Below, in pieces: positions 47,664 to 50,187 of a stretch of 50,187 bases of DNA. Within the stretch, counting starts at the first letter, position 1; each line of letters begins with the position of its first letter. Under the pieces are notes generated by a model. That model was not told where the DNA came from. It did no database searches and saw only the letters and a list, made by a program, of their open reading frames with translations. Position numbers and translations under genes: made by a program. The stretch comes from a virus (lineage: Duplodnaviria > Caudoviricetes), in IMG/VR virus record IMGVR_UViG_3300037424_000162, positions 1 to 50,187 of that record. The stretch is one strand, 5' to 3'.

Positions 47664-47830
47664 ATTATACAACCGCTTGCGTTAATGTCAAGGAAACCTA
47701 TCAACGTTTACAAAGTGTCTACTTTTGAATACAGTGTATCATTTAGTATACATGTATCATTTTGTTGACGTGTACTAAAAACTAGACAGTAGGTGTAGAC
47801 AAAAGTAGACACCACTATTAGACTGGAGAC
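47664..47830. promoter_or_regulatory. Divergent control region upstream of the head operon
   Basis: AT-rich; three TAGACA copies; inverted repeat GTGTCTACTTTT/AAAAGTAGACAC; two TGTATCATTT copies. Confidence 0.55.
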
Positions 47831-49180
47831 ATGGCCAAACTATACTGGACTGGGGCTTTCGGATATCTCGACAAAGAAACCGGTGACGGTATTCTTTCCT
47901 CTAGGATCAAGAAGGACATTGACGCTTCGGCGGGCGGCCCACTTGAGGTTGACCTCATGTCTCCGGGTGGCGACTTTTGGCAGATTGCCCCGATCATGGG
48001 GATGATCCGAGGCCATAGGGGTCAGACCATTTTGAACATGGTTGGGCTTGTCGGTTCCGCCGCCTCAGCCGTTGCCATGGCATTCACCGAGCGTGTTTCT
48101 TACGACCTTTCCGTGTTCTTCATTCACAACGCCCAGGGAATGGCCGGTGGTGACCATAACGCCATGGGAGAAAGGGCCAAGGAACTAAAAGAGCTTTCCG
48201 AAATGATGGCCGCTGAATACGTTCGTGCGACGGGTCTTCCTATGGCCAAGATCAAGGAACTTATGGACGGTGAAAGCGGTAATGGCACTTGGATCACCGG
48301 TAAGAAAATCCATGAACTGGGATTCTCGACTCGGCACGTTAGCGAATCTGACAGCCGCCCTATCAATGAAACCATGATGCTGTTTTCGGCTAAGGCCAAC
48401 TTCCGAGACATGGTTTCCATGCTGGCCAAGTCTACGCCGGAAACTCAGTCTTTCGATATGGCCACGGCTAAGGCCATAGAATCCCTAATCGACTCAGGCG
48501 CAATCGACAAGCTGTCGGCCATGCCGACCGTCAAGGATTCTGACGTTACCCTAAGCATTGAAAAGAACCCAGTCGCCATTAATGGCAAGGTCTATCGCTC
48601 CTCGCTCCGAAGCATTTCGGCCCGAGCCGCGAAAGATGAACCTGAATTGGCCAAGTGGGCTACGGCGATGATCGCCAAGATCGACGCCAAAGGAGATTTG
48701 AAAGTGAACAAAGAAGCTGTATTGGCTTGGCTCAAGGATAACCCCGGGTGCGCGTCGGAAGTCGCCTCTACCATGGGGCTCAACCTTGTGACCGAAGCCG
48801 TGACCAAGGCCGTGGAGATGAAAGCGAAGTTGGAAGCCGCGAACGTGGCCGACCCGCTGGCGCTTATCGCCACCATGAAGGCCGATCTTGAGAAGGTCGA
48901 GGCCGCCAGGATCGAAGCCGCCATGAGCGTGTTCGGCCCCAAGGTTTCGCCCTCTGGTGCCAAGAACAAGTCCCGCGAGTTCGCCGAGCTTGCCCTTCGC
49001 GGTGTCAAATCCGACGAGATCGAAGCCAAGATTGAAGAGGTCAAGAAGAACGAAGTCTTCCTTGCTCTTCGTGGCGAACTGTTTGACGTGAACTCCGACT
49101 GGAATATGATCGGTGTTTCGGAGATGGGTGGCGACCGTGCGCCCAAGGGTGACAAGTTTGAACGTCACCTGAAACTGTAA
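47831..49180 (+). CDS. ClpP-like prohead protease fused to a scaffold-like C-terminal region
   Basis: SPGGD, GSAAS (Ser) and FFIHNA (His) motifs; Ala/Lys/Glu-rich helical tail. Confidence 0.88.
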   Translation: MAKLYWTGAFGYLDKETGDGILSSRIKKDIDASAGGPLEVDLMSPGGDFWQIAPIMGMIRGHRGQTILNMVGLVGSAASAVAMAFTERVSYDLSVFFIHNAQGMAGGDHNAMGERAKELKELSEMMAAEYVRATGLPMAKIKELMDGESGNGTWITGKKIHELGFSTRHVSESDSRPINETMMLFSAKANFRDMVSMLAKSTPETQSFDMATAKAIESLIDSGAIDKLSAMPTVKDSDVTLSIEKNPVAINGKVYRSSLRSISARAAKDEPELAKWATAMIAKIDAKGDLKVNKEAVLAWLKDNPGCASEVASTMGLNLVTEAVTKAVEMKAKLEAANVADPLALIATMKADLEKVEAARIEAAMSVFGPKVSPSGAKNKSREFAELALRGVKSDEIEAKIEEVKKNEVFLALRGELFDVNSDWNMIGVSEMGGDRAPKGDKFERHLKL

Positions 49181-49192
49181 GGAGACTAAAAA

Positions 49193-49603
49193 ATGGCTCT
49201 TCCCGCTTCTGAAAATACCACCACTTTGGTTGACGGTTACGTGATCAAAGAAACCGTTCCTGGTGGAAACGATCATATCCCGATTACTGCCGGAGCTACG
49301 ATTGCCCAGGGCGACCTTGTAAAGGCTACTCCCTATTTCGGGATCGCTGATACTGGGATTGCTAACGGTGCTGTTGGAACCATCCACGTGGGCCAGCAGG
49401 TGCGATTCGGTGCCGCCGTTACAGGTGCCGCTCAGACCTTCTATACCTGGGGTCAGGCGGTCTACTATGACACTACTGACGGCCTGTTGTACGAGGCTTC
49501 TGCCGCCAACCGAATGCTCATTGGTTACGTCAACGAGGTTGCCAGCGCCTCGAATGCCGTTTTCGCTGTTGACTGCCTCCGCTTCCATGGCGCTGTGGCC
49601 TAA
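49193..49603 (+). CDS. Head decoration/capsid cement protein (DUF2190-like)
   Basis: 136 aa Ala/Gly-rich, G.A...IANGAVG and GQAVYYD motifs; between protease and capsid genes. Confidence 0.65.
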   Translation: MALPASENTTTLVDGYVIKETVPGGNDHIPITAGATIAQGDLVKATPYFGIADTGIANGAVGTIHVGQQVRFGAAVTGAAQTFYTWGQAVYYDTTDGLLYEASAANRMLIGYVNEVASASNAVFAVDCLRFHGAVA

Positions 49604-49619
49604 TAAGGAGTAATGCAAA

Positions 49620-50187
49620 ATGGCTATTTTTCTTGACCAGAAAGCCCTGATCCAAAAGCGGATCGAAGAGGGTTATACCGTTACCAATAAGGCGTTCAGG
49701 GGGACCGCTGAGGAGAACCTGAAGGCATCCGTTCCTAGTCAGCTTGCCGATAGTGACAAGGATTTTTTCATCACCATGGCCACTCCTCAGTGGGAAGGCT
49801 CTGAGGGCCATGCGAAGATTTGGAACCGTCTCGACGATCTCCACTCAAAGTTCGTTGTTCGGAACGCCGCGATGCTCCCCGACGATTGGAATCTATTCCA
49901 GACCTTGACCCGGCAGGACGTGACTCGGCGTTTTATGGCCGAACGGGACTATACCAACATCGTTGGATCTGAGTTCATCAACCCGGCGTATTCGAAGATC
50001 GTTGCCCTTGACGAGGTTCTGCCTTGGGGCGCGGCCATGGAAACCGTCTACGGTAACAATGACCAGTTCCCGCTCATGGAACACAAGACCGGGGCTACTG
50101 GTAACGTGACCATGGAAATCTTCGGAGTCGCCGACAAGTCCAGCCTCCAGGAACAGCTTTTCAGCGGGTTCTATGACCTTGGGAAGC
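49620..50187 (+). CDS. Major capsid protein, 5' part (continues at the window start)
   Basis: RBS AAGGAG, ATG at 49620, open to the window end and in frame with 1-753. Confidence 0.8.
   Translation, partial: MAIFLDQKALIQKRIEEGYTVTNKAFRGTAEENLKASVPSQLADSDKDFFITMATPQWEGSEGHAKIWNRLDDLHSKFVVRNAAMLPDDWNLFQTLTRQDVTRRFMAERDYTNIVGSEFINPAYSKIVALDEVLPWGAAMETVYGNNDQFPLMEHKTGATGNVTMEIFGVADKSSLQEQLFSGFYDLGK

Noticed and set aside
48551-49618. Long antisense ORF (355 aa) and similar shadow ORFs opposite structural genes
   Set aside because: They mirror well-supported genes in GC-rich codon frames and have no RBS or recognisable motifs
50061-50187. Terminal repeat as a biological DTR
   Set aside because: It is exactly 127 nt and lies mid-gene in the capsid ORF, which is typical of an assembler k-mer overlap

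Overview
The window is an apparently complete, circularly permuted ~50.06-kb tailed dsDNA phage genome with siphovirus-type organisation. The last 127 nt duplicate the first 127 nt, which is most likely an assembler overlap that splits the major capsid gene. Modules in order: head/neck/tail genes (47831-12916, running across the junction), a lysis cassette (C39-like peptidase, membrane proteins, an almost fully overlapping spanin-like gene pair), many small early/accessory ORFs, a leftward Sak4/DUF669/Cas4-like/helicase/VRR-NUC recombination operon, a Cro-like HTH, a primase-helicase with a downstream iteron/palindrome origin candidate, terminase, portal, minor head protein and an 8-member tRNA operon. 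I see no integrase, CI repressor, reverse transcriptase or CRISPR array. The most notable signals are non-coding: (i) a good twister self-cleaving ribozyme match on the minus strand (16681-16755) overlapping an RBS; (ii) a stand-alone ~140-nt tRNA-shaped RNA lacking a normal anticodon arm (38676-38815), whose promoter shares an AACCTA-N17-TAGGTT operator with the adjacent GNAT acetyltransferase and the next gene; (iii) several non-canonical tRNAs; (iv) a hairpin-rich ~240-nt intergenic RNA candidate (24268-24501). All protein family calls come from motif recognition and synteny, not database searches.
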